A stretch of DNA of 64,000 nucleotides, taken from IMG/VR virus record IMGVR_UViG_3300037041_001930; one strand, written 5' to 3'. Under the pieces are notes generated by a model. That model ran no database searches, was not told where the DNA came from, and was given only the letters and a program-made list of their open reading frames with translations. The position numbers and the translations under genes are program-made. Source of the DNA: a virus. Lineage: Duplodnaviria; Caudoviricetes. Of the stretch, positions 1-10,065 are shown piece after piece (positions within the stretch are counted from its first letter, which is position 1; each line of letters opens with the position of its first letter).

Positions 1-775
1 GGAGCCAGTCATCGAACGATGGCTTGTCATCCCCGGCGTCTGCGGTCTCCAAGACGTAATCGGTCTGCTGCTTCGCCTTGTCCAGGCTAGCACACCTCGC
101 CTTGGCTTCCTGCAGGATGACCTCGGTCTGCGTGGCCATGTGTTCATGCACCAGCTTACTAATCTCATCAGCGGTGTACTTCGGCACGGGCTTCATCGTG
201 AACCCGGGGTCACGCCTCCAGTCCTTGCCTGGCTTCCACTGCAGGTCCTCAATCAAGGCCTCGCGGATCCCGGCGAGCATCCTGCGCTCCCTGTCAGTCA
301 AGGAGACCTTGTCGCCCTCGGCAACGGTTTCCACAGAACTGTCCTGGACCTCGATCTTGAATGGGGAATCCACGGGAATCGCACCACCCCCTGTTGAGGG
401 TTGAACCGGTACGAACACGAAGGCGTGCTTCCAGATCAGCTTCGCTGTCGGCAGCATGTAGAACTCAGTCCCGGTATCCCAGCCAATGGGCTGGTAAGGG
501 GAATCCCCGTACTTGACGAAGACCACCTTGTTGTCAATGAACACACCGGTCTGGCACCAGAAGGTGCCAGCGTAGAGGCGGGAGAGCAGGATACGACCTT
601 GCATGCCGTGACGGATGACCTTGGTGAGGAACCGATAGAGATGCACACGATCCAGCTTGCCCTCAGCGATTTCCTCAGGGGTCTTGGTGTCAGGTTTCAA
701 GGCTTCCATGACCTGCTTGCGCAGGGCTTCCTTGCGTGCCTGGGCCTCGTCTTGGGCTACTTCGATCTCCGCCAT
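1..775 (-). CDS. hypothetical protein, runs off window edge
   Basis: Manually translated open frame from ATG 775 (MAEIEVAQDEAQARKEALRKQ...) to position 1 without a stop; GAGGAG RBS upstream; absent from the ORF track because truncated. Confidence 0.75.
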   Translation of the reverse strand, partial: MAEIEVAQDEAQARKEALRKQVMEALKPDTKTPEEIAEGKLDRVHLYRFLTKVIRHGMQGRILLSRLYAGTFWCQTGVFIDNKVVFVKYGDSPYQPIGWDTGTEFYMLPTAKLIWKHAFVFVPVQPSTGGGAIPVDSPFKIEVQDSSVETVAEGDKVSLTDRERRMLAGIREALIEDLQWKPGKDWRRDPGFTMKPVPKYTADEISKLVHEHMATQTEVILQEAKARCASLDKAKQQTDYVLETADAGDDKPSFDDWL

Positions 776-837
776 GTCGTGCTCCTCTTGGTGTGAGCAC
801 GCAGTTTGATTCAGGTTTTCCCTGAGTCAACCCCGCA

Positions 838-1440
838 CTAATCCAGGCGATGGAGTAACCATGCCTTGAGGAGCGCCCACTTCATCTTGAGGCGTGACCT
901 CAGCCCTGGTTTGGCTGGGCATTCACCCGGAGTGAGTTGTACAACCGCCCCAATGTTTTTTGGAGCGGAGACATGGTGTTCCGTTATGGGCCGCCTGGCG
1001 AGCTCACGCTTGGCTTCAGCATTCCACATCTCACTCTGGATTCTACATCTGAAGTCGTCACTGGTCGGCTCGTTTTCGAGACGGATGCCTTGCTTGGCGA
1101 ACTGCTCGATGGCGCGTTCTCTGGCGACATCATCGAGATCCTTCAGGGTCTCCTGGGCATCCTCGGCGTATTCAGTGAACGGGACCATGGGGCCATTCGT
1201 GCCAAAGCATCGCGAGTAGATCGCGATCATGCGGGCCTCACCGTTGAGGGTGATCTCATCAGGGAGGTTGAGGTCCTCCTGTGTCCACATCTGGGCCGGC
1301 GGGGGTGCGTGAATGTCGAACCCCCAACTAAATGCGGCGTCGACGAGATTAGCGCGTACCCAAGCCTCGGCTTGATCTCGTGCAACAACTTGATTCTCGG
1401 AGTCCGTGTAGACGGGTACGCGAACAATGACTTCAGTCAT
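838..1440 (-). CDS. hypothetical protein
   Basis: ORF 838..1485; start moved to MTEVIV at 1440, which overlaps the upstream stop (ATGA). Confidence 0.65.
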   Translation of the reverse strand: MTEVIVRVPVYTDSENQVVARDQAEAWVRANLVDAAFSWGFDIHAPPPAQMWTQEDLNLPDEITLNGEARMIAIYSRCFGTNGPMVPFTEYAEDAQETLKDLDDVARERAIEQFAKQGIRLENEPTSDDFRCRIQSEMWNAEAKRELARRPITEHHVSAPKNIGAVVQLTPGECPAKPGLRSRLKMKWALLKAWLLHRLD

Positions 1441-2132
1441 GAACCTTTTGCGAGACGTCTTGGGTTCGTTCGATGTGGCCACCATGAGACCTCCAGATCT
1501 TTATTGCTGATTGTTTTTCTTATGATCCTGCCGTCCCCAGGAGTATTGGGGCCTATATCCGGAGGGAACCTAGACCGCGTCATGATCCCCAACCCGACTT
1601 CATAGTTGTCAGTACAGTGCCCACAGAGGACTCCATGCTCTAGGCGGGACCCCACACCCTCAGTGATTGTGATCCCACACACGGCGCACTCGCCTACGAT
1701 GAGCTTACCTGTCAAATCGAAACACTGCTGCACATGAGGTGCTCTCCACTTGTTCTTGGAGCGTGGATGCTCGACAACACAGGCGTCCAGGAACTCCTGC
1801 GCGATCCGTGCTTGCGCATCTTCTGCTTTACGTGAGTGCTTTTTGTATTGGTCTGGTTTCGTTGGCTTCTCGGGAGCATTTTTACGCGGCCTTCCCCTAG
1901 TAACATATTTCTTGGGAGGGGTATAGTTGGGCTGCGTGTACACTGGGGGCTCATGCTTTGGCTTATACTCCGGGTAGCCATCGCCGAGTCGCTGCAGCCA
2001 GGCATCAATGCTCACCGTCTCAGCAGCATGCCTCCCATCCTCGTCGATGGCTCCCTGGGTTTTCGCCGAGCTGGCCAAGACGTTCTGAATACCGCATTCT
2101 ATCTGCGCATTCAAATCTTCTTTGCTTGACAT
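1437..2132 (-). CDS. hypothetical protein with C4 zinc-finger motif
   Basis: CAVC-x17-CGHC; GGAGG RBS. Confidence 0.65.
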   Translation of the reverse strand: MSSKEDLNAQIECGIQNVLASSAKTQGAIDEDGRHAAETVSIDAWLQRLGDGYPEYKPKHEPPVYTQPNYTPPKKYVTRGRPRKNAPEKPTKPDQYKKHSRKAEDAQARIAQEFLDACVVEHPRSKNKWRAPHVQQCFDLTGKLIVGECAVCGITITEGVGSRLEHGVLCGHCTDNYEVGLGIMTRSRFPPDIGPNTPGDGRIIRKTISNKDLEVSWWPHRTNPRRLAKGS

Positions 2133-2144
2133 ACAGGCCTCCTT

Positions 2145-2279
2145 TCAAGTATCCATACGCTGTATCGTGATCCCCCACTTGGCCTGAAACTCGGCTTCAT
2201 CCTTAACCTGTTTTTCCAGGTTCGCCATGGCCCTCTTATCGGCCTCCATTCTGGCGAGAATCTTGGCGCGGCGGATCAT
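2145..2279 (-). CDS. small hypothetical protein (44 aa)
   Basis: MIRRAKILARMEADK..., 3' part of track ORF 2145..2825; starts 5 nt after the stop at 2284. Confidence 0.4.
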   Translation of the reverse strand: MIRRAKILARMEADKRAMANLEKQVKDEAEFQAKWGITIQRMDT

Positions 2280-2283
2280 GATT

Positions 2284-2847
2284 TCATTGTCTGGGAGCCC
2301 CAGGTACACCCGGGGGTTCAGATTTAAGTTGTTGGACAAGATGGTTGACATAGGCACTACAGCTATTTTTGCAGACATCTTTAACCTCCTGCATCGGGAT
2401 GTTGTGGTCCCAGGTGGCATGCCTGACCCAGGAACGCCACGTCGACCACGGAGTGGTGTGAACTGGTGCCGCAAAAGCCGGGTTGCCCCTGATGTTCTTA
2501 TAGAACTTGATCGTGACCTGGCGCCCCTTGGTATTGACTTCGATGACGAAGCGTCGACTCGGCCCCTTGGTGAAAGTATCACCGGGTTGTGGGAACACGT
2601 TGGGATCCCGGGGTACGGGATCCTGGTTGCCCGGCTTCCACAGGGGGTAATGGGGGTCGCTGACCAGTGCCCAGCCCTCGATGTCATCGTGGAGACGATA
2701 CCGGATCTTGAGATCCCGGCTGTCCCTGAGTTGGGCCTTATTCCTCGAGACGGAGACCACACTGAATTCAGCCCCCTTACGAGACTTCCAGACCTGACCG
2801 GGGTGGAAGCTATGAACACGTTCATCAGGTATCGATGTCAGCATCAT
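2284..2847 (-). CDS. hypothetical protein, two SH3/Tudor-like repeats
   Basis: FHPGQVWKSRKG..FSVVSV and PQPGDTFTKG..RFVIEV; ATGA overlap at start. Confidence 0.55.
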   Translation of the reverse strand: MMLTSIPDERVHSFHPGQVWKSRKGAEFSVVSVSRNKAQLRDSRDLKIRYRLHDDIEGWALVSDPHYPLWKPGNQDPVPRDPNVFPQPGDTFTKGPSRRFVIEVNTKGRQVTIKFYKNIRGNPAFAAPVHTTPWSTWRSWVRHATWDHNIPMQEVKDVCKNSCSAYVNHLVQQLKSEPPGVPGAPRQ

Positions 2848-3131
2848 GACTTCCTCCGGGGACCCACGAAGAAGTGATGGATGCCACTCCACTTCATGAC
2901 CACACAGGGATTCCCGCAATAGACCCCCTTGTAGTACCTGACTGCCCAATCATTGCGCAGGAGGAGACCGTATTTGCGGCCATACTTGTTGGCCTCCATC
3001 CATTCCTTGAGATCCTCTTTATCCGCATACTTCACGAAGGTGCGATAAGTGATCTCGCGGGAGCTGTCATCGAAAGCGTCGACGTGACACCCGCAGGCGC
3101 CCACGCAGGTTCCAATTAGGCAGTAGCTCAT
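2844..3131 (-). CDS. hypothetical protein
   Basis: MSYCLIGTCV... ATGA-coupled to tmk. Confidence 0.65.
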   Translation of the reverse strand: MSYCLIGTCVGACGCHVDAFDDSSREITYRTFVKYADKEDLKEWMEANKYGRKYGLLLRNDWAVRYYKGVYCGNPCVVMKWSGIHHFFVGPRRKS

Positions 3132-3850
3132 CTGACCTCCTCGAACTCGGCGAGCCATTGGGACGGTAGGGTCTCGTAGATCTTTTCTACGACTTCACGG
3201 GGGCTCGCCGTGCTGACATCAAGGACTGAGGTTGTAAAGGAGTGACCACTGAGATCGTGGAGCTCAATGGTGACCTGTTCGGCGCCCAGGTAACCGTCAT
3301 CGACCCGACGGCGGAAGTCATCGTTCGCGGATTCAAAGCGATCCTTGCCACGATCACCGACGAGGCGACTGCGGCGGACCTCAGGGGAAGCCCGCAGGAA
3401 CACGTAGTGGATGTGCTGGGACACCGGGATGTACTTGTCGAACAGATACAGCGCAGTGGAGATCACGAGCTGTAGGGGCACCCCGTTGCCGTAACTCTGA
3501 TAGGCCACCGTGCTCGGCCACAGGCGATCCATGATCACGGTGTAGCCATGGGAGAGAAGCCTGGCGGCCTCAGCCATGAGTTCAGCACGTGCTGCCAGGA
3601 ATCCGAAGAACAGAGTGGGCACCTCTGCCTTCTGGTTGGGATCCAGCAGGATCGTGCGGAGCTTCTCGCCCAAGGCGGTGGTCCCAGGATCCCTGAGGAT
3701 CTTCACCTTGTCCATTGAAGTCACCTTCCAGGGTGCCACACTTTGATCGATGACACACTGGGGGGTCACCAGGAACTCGGCGAGGTTGTGACATGCCAGG
3801 CTCTTGCCCGAGCCGTCTGGGCCATCCAGAATTATGAGTTTTGCAGTCAT
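3128..3850 (-). CDS. tmk: thymidylate (dTMP) kinase
   Basis: P-loop LDGPDGSGKS, RDPG, AARAE, MDRLWPSTVAYQ, RFES motifs; start MTAKLIIL at 3850. Confidence 0.93.
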   Translation of the reverse strand: MTAKLIILDGPDGSGKSLACHNLAEFLVTPQCVIDQSVAPWKVTSMDKVKILRDPGTTALGEKLRTILLDPNQKAEVPTLFFGFLAARAELMAEAARLLSHGYTVIMDRLWPSTVAYQSYGNGVPLQLVISTALYLFDKYIPVSQHIHYVFLRASPEVRRSRLVGDRGKDRFESANDDFRRRVDDGYLGAEQVTIELHDLSGHSFTTSVLDVSTASPREVVEKIYETLPSQWLAEFEEVR

Positions 3851-4230
3851 GAAATAAAACCTCCATGAATGAGTGGTTTGGAATAGGGACGGATCATCAG
3901 AGGTGCAGTCTTTACTCCAACGATGTGCATTCGCAAGGCGAGATGCTGGGGGCGGAACGTGACGACGCCACCGTTGTGGCGGTAACACGCCGGTCTCTTG
4001 TAACGCGTGAAACTGATGAAGACACCGGCCTCAGTACGCTCGATGGCGTAATGGGTGAGGTGATGATCAGGACGGGGACCCAGGGCACGCTGGATGCGAT
4101 CCGCAGTGGGGCTGAGATCGGCGCCTTCAATCCAGGCCTTGGCGGCCTCATGGATCACGTAGTCGTTGATATCACCGGTGGCCACGCAACACGCCCCGGT
4201 GTCCTCTGCACGAATAACAACCGAATTCAT
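3847..4230 (-). CDS. hypothetical protein
   Basis: MNSVVIRAE with GGAGG RBS; stop overlaps tmk start. Confidence 0.6.
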   Translation of the reverse strand: MNSVVIRAEDTGACCVATGDINDYVIHEAAKAWIEGADLSPTADRIQRALGPRPDHHLTHYAIERTEAGVFISFTRYKRPACYRHNGGVVTFRPQHLALRMHIVGVKTAPLMIRPYSKPLIHGGFIS

Positions 4231-4306
4231 AGTACCTCCCTGAATAAAAAGAAACGTCGGTGTACTGAGTACACCGACGTCGTGGGACATCTAATTAAAG
4301 ACGGCC

Positions 4307-4720
4307 TCAAAACTTCGTGGTCGCCGGGGCTCCTACCTGTGGGGGTTCCGCCTCGGCTTTTTCTTTTTCCTCGGCATCAGCGCCGACTTCGGGGACTTTA
4401 ATGCCGGCGGCTGCAAAGGAAGTCGACAGGGCATCCACCAGGGGCTCTTCCTTGGTGAACGTGGCACCGTGCTTGATATGCAGGACGACCTGCTTGCCAC
4501 CATCAAGGGTGAGCAACAGGGTGTTGGCGTTGAGGAACGAGAAGCGACCTTGCAGCAGGGCGACACGAGCCGAGGCCTCGCAGACCTCAATGTTATTGGG
4601 GGTGCGGCCACCGGGGTTCAGGGTACCGGTACGCAGAAAGTTGATCATGTTGACTCCAGGGTGTTGTGCTGTCTTGCAGCGGGTGATGTCAGGATTCTGT
4701 AGCGGTTTACTCTCAGTCAA
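4307..4720 (-). CDS. hypothetical protein
   Basis: Co-directional ORF filling the gap, TTG start with GAGGGG RBS. Confidence 0.55.
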   Translation of the reverse strand: MTESKPLQNPDITRCKTAQHPGVNMINFLRTGTLNPGGRTPNNIEVCEASARVALLQGRFSFLNANTLLLTLDGGKQVVLHIKHGATFTKEEPLVDALSTSFAAAGIKVPEVGADAEEKEKAEAEPPQVGAPATTKF

Positions 4721-4736
4721 GCCCCTCTGCGGGGGC

Positions 4737-5315
4737 TCATTTCCTCGCCTTACTGATCAGAGACTGGGCGATAAAGTTGGCGTCTCGTCCCGGGTTACTC
4801 AGAACCACATCCTTGATCTCACCGATGTCGAAACGTGCGCCGAGTCCGAGTGCCGAGAGAATAGCATAGACCGCTGAAGTCGTCTGGTCGTATTGGAGAT
4901 TCTCACGGGATTGGAATCGCACCTGAAGGGAGTCCACGAGTTTCTTGGCACCCGTGGGTCCAAACCCCTTAGTGATCTTCGCCAACGCGGCGACATCACC
5001 ATTGGCAACCGCAGCGATGACCACTGCGGCGTCGACTGCGGTGGCCAAGCGATGTGCAGTCTTCGCTCCGATGCCGTCGACGTCCATGAGCTCTAAGGCA
5101 AGACGTCGAGAATCATATGTGTTGAACCCGAAGAGCACCTGCGACTTCTCAGTGAAGTGATGGTAAATCCAATAGGAGGCGTCTCGCCCACACTGGGCGA
5201 GGTCTCCGTTGGTGTCGTGGATGGGGCGCACGAGGGCATAACCGATGTCCCCTGTACGCAAAACTACTTCAGTGGGGTTCACGGCGATGACACGTCCTAA
5301 GATATTGGCAATCAT
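4737..5315 (-). CDS. ruvA: Holliday junction branch-migration DNA-binding protein RuvA
   Basis: MIANILG..GDIGY (OB fold), LFGF, HhH VDGIGAKTA, TKGFGPTGAKKL, short domain III. Confidence 0.9.
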   Translation of the reverse strand: MIANILGRVIAVNPTEVVLRTGDIGYALVRPIHDTNGDLAQCGRDASYWIYHHFTEKSQVLFGFNTYDSRRLALELMDVDGIGAKTAHRLATAVDAAVVIAAVANGDVAALAKITKGFGPTGAKKLVDSLQVRFQSRENLQYDQTTSAVYAILSALGLGARFDIGEIKDVVLSNPGRDANFIAQSLISKARK

Positions 5316-5319
5316 GTTT

Positions 5320-5874
5320 TCACCAGGGTTTGTTGAGGTGGTTGGCATTGGCGGGGCGGCTGACCAGCTCGCCCTTCAGGAAGTCGGATCCATTGGAGCC
5401 CATGTTGTTGCACGGCACCTCGAGGAAGTCGTCGAGGTTGGCATCAATGAGGCGCAGTGCCCTGGCAGCATACCGCAGGGCTCCACGCGAGGACACCGAG
5501 TTGCACTGGAAAATGGGGCAATAAACGCCATGCAGTCTAGCTTCCAGTATAAAACTTTCGTCACTGCACCCCTGCGATTCGCGCAGTTCCGCCCAGAAAC
5601 TCTTCGGCTGATATTGCCGAAGTGCGATGTACACCAAAGCGTTATATGGGTACTTGTCTGGTCGCGCATGTGAACGCGGGTTTCCAATTTGACTCACCTC
5701 AATCCCTGCCACGACAGGCTCGCCATTTACATTGTTACATGGGCGCAGGACCCCTGCGTAATAATAATCGCTGCCGCAATCATATGTGCACCGCACCTTC
5801 CAGGGGTGTGCTGGAAGTGGGCCGAGTTCCTCGATGAGGTTGGTGTACCGGATGTCAGGGATGGTTGTTGGCAT
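5320..5874 (-). CDS. hypothetical protein
   Basis: MPTTIPDIRY with GGGAG RBS. Confidence 0.6.
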   Translation of the reverse strand: MPTTIPDIRYTNLIEELGPLPAHPWKVRCTYDCGSDYYYAGVLRPCNNVNGEPVVAGIEVSQIGNPRSHARPDKYPYNALVYIALRQYQPKSFWAELRESQGCSDESFILEARLHGVYCPIFQCNSVSSRGALRYAARALRLIDANLDDFLEVPCNNMGSNGSDFLKGELVSRPANANHLNKPW

Positions 5875-6553
5875 TGTCGGCTCCCTTGTCGCTATGGCCG
5901 CGGAGGAACTCCTCGGCGGTGTCTGGTGCTTTGAACTTGGTGTCGGACTGGATGTCGTGGAGGATATCAATGGCATACCCATTGATCGTGGCGCTGATGG
6001 TCCCGTTGGTGGGGGTAGTATCAACTACCAAATGCACCAAGTGCTGGATAGGGAACCTGACCTCGGGGTGCCGCCGGTACATGGAGGCTATCACTACGTT
6101 GCGCATCAAGCCATGAATTGTGGTGATCGTCGCAGCGGCGAGAAGACGAAACAATACACTTGGGGTAGTCTCTTTCATTGCGTCGAAGACACCCTTGGCT
6201 TCGGGTTCGGCATCGATGTGTGCCAGGAGCATACGCATCATTGAAATCAGATCCTGAGTCGCCGCGAAGTCTTCACCTGGGGAAGACGAGTCAGCGATAT
6301 CCATGACACCTGCGAGCTCTTCGACCTGCGCGACATGACTCGAATGGATACTCGAAGGGGGTCTCTCTGAAAAGCGCTGGGAGACCCGCTCATTAACAAA
6401 CGAATAAACGGTTTCATCAGCCTCCCGTTGCCTTATGGCCACGAACAGGCTTCTCGTGGCGATCAGAGATGTGAGCTCGCGCCGCGCCTGGGCGTCGAGC
6501 TCGATGGGACCAATGGGGAACAAGCGTTGGAGATCGCTGAGACTTGGAATCAT
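5855..6553 (-). CDS. hypothetical protein
   Basis: 232-aa ORF coupled to neighbours. Confidence 0.65.
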   Translation of the reverse strand: MIPSLSDLQRLFPIGPIELDAQARRELTSLIATRSLFVAIRQREADETVYSFVNERVSQRFSERPPSSIHSSHVAQVEELAGVMDIADSSSPGEDFAATQDLISMMRMLLAHIDAEPEAKGVFDAMKETTPSVLFRLLAAATITTIHGLMRNVVIASMYRRHPEVRFPIQHLVHLVVDTTPTNGTISATINGYAIDILHDIQSDTKFKAPDTAEEFLRGHSDKGADNANNHP

Positions 6554-7851
6554 AACGGGATTCCTTTCTTTGTTTTCTGATACGCGTTGACCAACCTGAT
6601 GATCTCACTAACGGCGGCGTGGGAACTCTGGGTTCTCGCCGCGGAGTTCATGACCATGGCCAACAAGACCAGGACATGATCGTTGAGCATGGAGTGCTCT
6701 TGTATCCCCGGGGCCTGGACTCCCATAGCCTTAGCGGTGTGGGCCTGGATTCGGGCAAGCATGAAGTCGCGGATATTCACGGCGTCTCGGGTGCGCCCGT
6801 TGTCCTTGAGGATCTCGAGCCCCCCTTTATCGGTTACCGCGACGATGACATCGCGTTCACGACGCAGGGACTCAGCGATGCGATCCACGGTATCCGCATG
6901 CAGGGCCTTCATGGCTACAACAAAGGCAGGGACGAGTTCCGTGTTCGCATTGGACTCCATTGCGAACTCACCGGGTTCAGTCCACCCCAGCGAGGCCCGT
7001 GCGAAGATGCCCCCCTTGGCGAGGTGCTCCATGTACTGCTTCGTGGGCCACGTCCTGGGTTGATCGGGTTCCCGGAGGATCTCGAGGCGCTCCAAGAGCA
7101 CCTGGGTGCAGAAGTCGTAATCGATGTCCTCGATGACGTGACCGATGTGCTGGCCCAGGTTGTAACGCCAGCTCTCGAGGACGGTCTCGGGGTTGATGCA
7201 GTGGGGGACCCACCACGACCACATCGCGATACCCAGGAGGTTCAGGTACTGGGCTACAAATGCTGCCCAGGGGGTCTCATAGCCGTATTCATTATTACCG
7301 AAGTACCCGAATACTGACTGACAACTCCGGAGACCCGAGCAGTCGGTTTCCCAGTACCCGGCCTGCCAGTCCGAGAGCAGGTATAGCCGGGAGTTGTCTT
7401 GACTCGCGGATTCCCAGTTGAGCTCCCAGTAATCCTTTTTGTTGCCACGCCGCTTCGAGGACCAGTAACAACTGAATCTATCGAAGCGCTTCCCGTAGTC
7501 GCTGAGAATATCGGAGTCCCGGAGATCACGGGTGAGGCGTTCCTGGACATCGTAGAGGAGCCCATAGAAGTGGTCGTTATTCCCAATCTTACCACAGTGT
7601 TTCTGGACATCGGGGTAGCTGCGTGGCTCCATGTTCACCTTGAGTGCGTAGACACTCTTACGATTCGCATGGAACTCGGTGAGGCCGGCAACACATGAAT
7701 CAATGAATGACTTGGTGTCCGCGTTGAGCCCGCCGTCTTCGTCGTGCCCGAACCCCAGGGACTTCAGGAAGTCCTCGGTGATCGGGTCAGTTTCTGATGC
7801 GGGCAGCCAGGGCTTCAGGCCTGCCCAGTCCTGGATTTCAAGTGTGTTCAT
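6550..7851 (-). CDS. hypothetical protein
   Basis: 433-aa ORF, Trp-rich central part, ATGA overlaps. Confidence 0.75.
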   Translation of the reverse strand: MNTLEIQDWAGLKPWLPASETDPITEDFLKSLGFGHDEDGGLNADTKSFIDSCVAGLTEFHANRKSVYALKVNMEPRSYPDVQKHCGKIGNNDHFYGLLYDVQERLTRDLRDSDILSDYGKRFDRFSCYWSSKRRGNKKDYWELNWESASQDNSRLYLLSDWQAGYWETDCSGLRSCQSVFGYFGNNEYGYETPWAAFVAQYLNLLGIAMWSWWVPHCINPETVLESWRYNLGQHIGHVIEDIDYDFCTQVLLERLEILREPDQPRTWPTKQYMEHLAKGGIFARASLGWTEPGEFAMESNANTELVPAFVVAMKALHADTVDRIAESLRRERDVIVAVTDKGGLEILKDNGRTRDAVNIRDFMLARIQAHTAKAMGVQAPGIQEHSMLNDHVLVLLAMVMNSAARTQSSHAAVSEIIRLVNAYQKTKKGIPL

Positions 7852-8366
7852 GCGATCTCCCCTCTCAGGTTGTAATCGGATCGTCCAATGTAGGCGACAC
7901 CGCCATCAGCGTTCTCGAACACCCAGAAGTTATGGTTGAGCCCACTCACGATGCCAAGCCGGGATTCATAGAAGACATCGGGGAGGCATCGGATATTACT
8001 CACCGCGATTCTGGTGTGGGGGAGTCCCCCGGGGCCATGGCGGAGGCGGACAACTCGTGTAGCGGAACCCTCGTACCCAAGGTACTCGATTCCTGGTTTA
8101 TTGGTCTCAATAAACTTGTCAGAGCTTCGCATCTTCTTACGCATATACTTCAGAGTTACATCGGTCCATGCCACTGGATTGGCCTGGCAGTCCAGAATGC
8201 AGACGAGCAGTGGCCAGAGCCGAAAGGGAACACTGCCTAGGATGCCCAACTTAATCGGCTTCTGGAGTAAGGTGACGACGCCATCGCTGTTCCCGAACTC
8301 TGTCGGGAACCCGGGGACATCGGGGAGATCTGTTTCAGTGTTACGAATCCAATCGGGAAGACTCAT
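7848..8366 (-). CDS. hypothetical protein
   Basis: 172-aa ORF, ATGA overlaps. Confidence 0.65.
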   Translation of the reverse strand: MSLPDWIRNTETDLPDVPGFPTEFGNSDGVVTLLQKPIKLGILGSVPFRLWPLLVCILDCQANPVAWTDVTLKYMRKKMRSSDKFIETNKPGIEYLGYEGSATRVVRLRHGPGGLPHTRIAVSNIRCLPDVFYESRLGIVSGLNHNFWVFENADGGVAYIGRSDYNLRGEIA

Positions 8367-8683
8367 CTGACCCCCTTATAGGTGAAGTACACCTTGTTCT
8401 TGTGGATGCTTGTCTTGATGTCGGGGTGGTCGCGCAAAAACTTGTCGATGGCACCCCATCCGCACTTGAGGTGCAGGCCCTGCAGGTACCCCATAGACAC
8501 CGGACGCTTGGCGATGCGGACCTCCTCGAAGGCCCGCTGGAGGTCGTGCACGAAGACCTCGACACGCCGGTGTGCATACTCGCTCTCCCTGGACTGGAAG
8601 GAATCGAAGACGTTCATGGCAACCCTTGCAGCACTCTCTGGGGTGACCTCTGGCACATCTGGGTTCTTGTCGACTTGGTTCAT
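8363..8683 (-). CDS. hypothetical protein
   Basis: 106-aa ORF, ATGA overlaps. Confidence 0.6.
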   Translation of the reverse strand: MNQVDKNPDVPEVTPESAARVAMNVFDSFQSRESEYAHRRVEVFVHDLQRAFEEVRIAKRPVSMGYLQGLHLKCGWGAIDKFLRDHPDIKTSIHKNKVYFTYKGVR

Positions 8684-9891
8684 AGGTGCCCCGCTGATAG
8701 TAAAGTGATTGTGGTCTCACGGACACGATCCGGGAGATCTTTCCAGCGCACGTGGCGCTGGTGCTCAAAGCAATGCGATGCCATATTCGTCGTGATCTCC
8801 ACGGTAACCCCCTTGCCGTGATCCCGCAACACGTAGCCCACGAGATCCCCTGGATTCGTGGGTTTCCCGAAATCATGAGACGTCGGGGTCCTGAGGAGGT
8901 AGACACTGGGGTCGTAATCGGAGACCAGGAGTGTGGCGTTCACGGGCTCGAGGTCCGGCAACAAGGCCTTCTCGATATCCTCCAGAGAAGGCTGACGTTG
9001 AGCGTGGCCGGCGTCATCGATCTCGATTTTATCATCGAGCTGCCGGCGGGGGTCGTCGGAGTATCGTGTGGACTCGAGGAGCAACCGCATTGGCTTCTCG
9101 GGCATCCCGGCCCACTCCGACAACGTGGTCAGGTGATCCTCGACGACTTCATCCCAGATCTTGTCCTTGGCCCTGCACTCGGCCTCAGAGAACGCGAGGT
9201 CATCGAGGATGGGGTAGTTCTCCAGGGATCCCTTGATCTCGAGAAGTGTCTTGACCACAAGGTATGTGTGGACCTTACCATCATAATTGTTGGCGATGCA
9301 GACGTAGAGGCTGTTATCAGAATACGTGTAGATGTCAAATGCCTTTTCACGAAGATCGTTTAACGTCTTCATGACTGCGTCATAGTTGACCCTGCCAGCA
9401 ATAGAATTCCGGGTACAGATATGGTCTGGCATAAATCGAATCCAGAACCCGGTTTCCAATATGTTTGCAGTCGAAGGCCTCGGGGTCACTTTATCTGGGG
9501 CAGCCCCCTCGAACTCTTCGTCACCATCCATCTTAACCTTCATCGAGGCGAGGTCCCCAATCTTGTTCAGGAAGTCGCTATCGAGATCATGAAATGAAGG
9601 TGGGCGTTCTCGTGTGACGTAAATGAACTTATTGTTCTTGACCTCTCCGTAATTCGGTGCTGTGGGCTCCGGCCAGCCATCAAATGGCTTCTCGCCCTCG
9701 GAGAGGGCTTCGAGGCTCTCGCGCCAGGCTAGATCCCGGGAGATCGAAGGTTTGAACTTGCCTTCACAGCTCGGGCACCCCATGCCACGGATGAGCTGGT
9801 CATAGGAATGCCAGGGGAGATCGGAATGCGTGAAGTGGAGGCCCCCGGTGCTATCCCAGGGTTCCCCACACCGGCAAATAATGTCGGCCAT
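8680..9891 (-). CDS. hypothetical protein with N-terminal Cys cluster
   Basis: CRCGEPWD...GCPSC; GAGGAG RBS. Confidence 0.75.
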   Translation of the reverse strand: MADIICRCGEPWDSTGGLHFTHSDLPWHSYDQLIRGMGCPSCEGKFKPSISRDLAWRESLEALSEGEKPFDGWPEPTAPNYGEVKNNKFIYVTRERPPSFHDLDSDFLNKIGDLASMKVKMDGDEEFEGAAPDKVTPRPSTANILETGFWIRFMPDHICTRNSIAGRVNYDAVMKTLNDLREKAFDIYTYSDNSLYVCIANNYDGKVHTYLVVKTLLEIKGSLENYPILDDLAFSEAECRAKDKIWDEVVEDHLTTLSEWAGMPEKPMRLLLESTRYSDDPRRQLDDKIEIDDAGHAQRQPSLEDIEKALLPDLEPVNATLLVSDYDPSVYLLRTPTSHDFGKPTNPGDLVGYVLRDHGKGVTVEITTNMASHCFEHQRHVRWKDLPDRVRETTITLLSAGHL

Positions 9892-9918
9892 AATGGCTCC
9901 TCTGTCTCGACATGGAGA

Positions 9919-10065
9919 CTATTTCTTGGATTGGAATCCCCGAACGGCCTCCAGAGGCCACTTCAGGGCGTGGATGACACGTTCCCCGGAACTCATGGTT
10001 TCCGGGGACTTGGCGTAGGCGATGCCGACACCGATGAGATAGACCACAATGAGGATATCAATCAT
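9919..10065 (-). CDS. small membrane protein (48 aa)
   Basis: Manual translation MIDILIVVYLIGVGIAYAKSPE...; GAGGA RBS; fills the gap exactly. Confidence 0.55.
   Translation of the reverse strand: MIDILIVVYLIGVGIAYAKSPETMSSGERVIHALKWPLEAVRGFQSKK

Noticed and set aside
788-830. Sigma70-like promoter TTGACT-N16-CAAACT on the minus strand
   Set aside because: Weak -10 and short spacer; cannot be supported without TSS data
2145-2825. 226-aa track ORF as one gene
   Set aside because: Its 5' three-quarters overlaps the better-supported 2284..2847 frame; only the last 44 codons were kept
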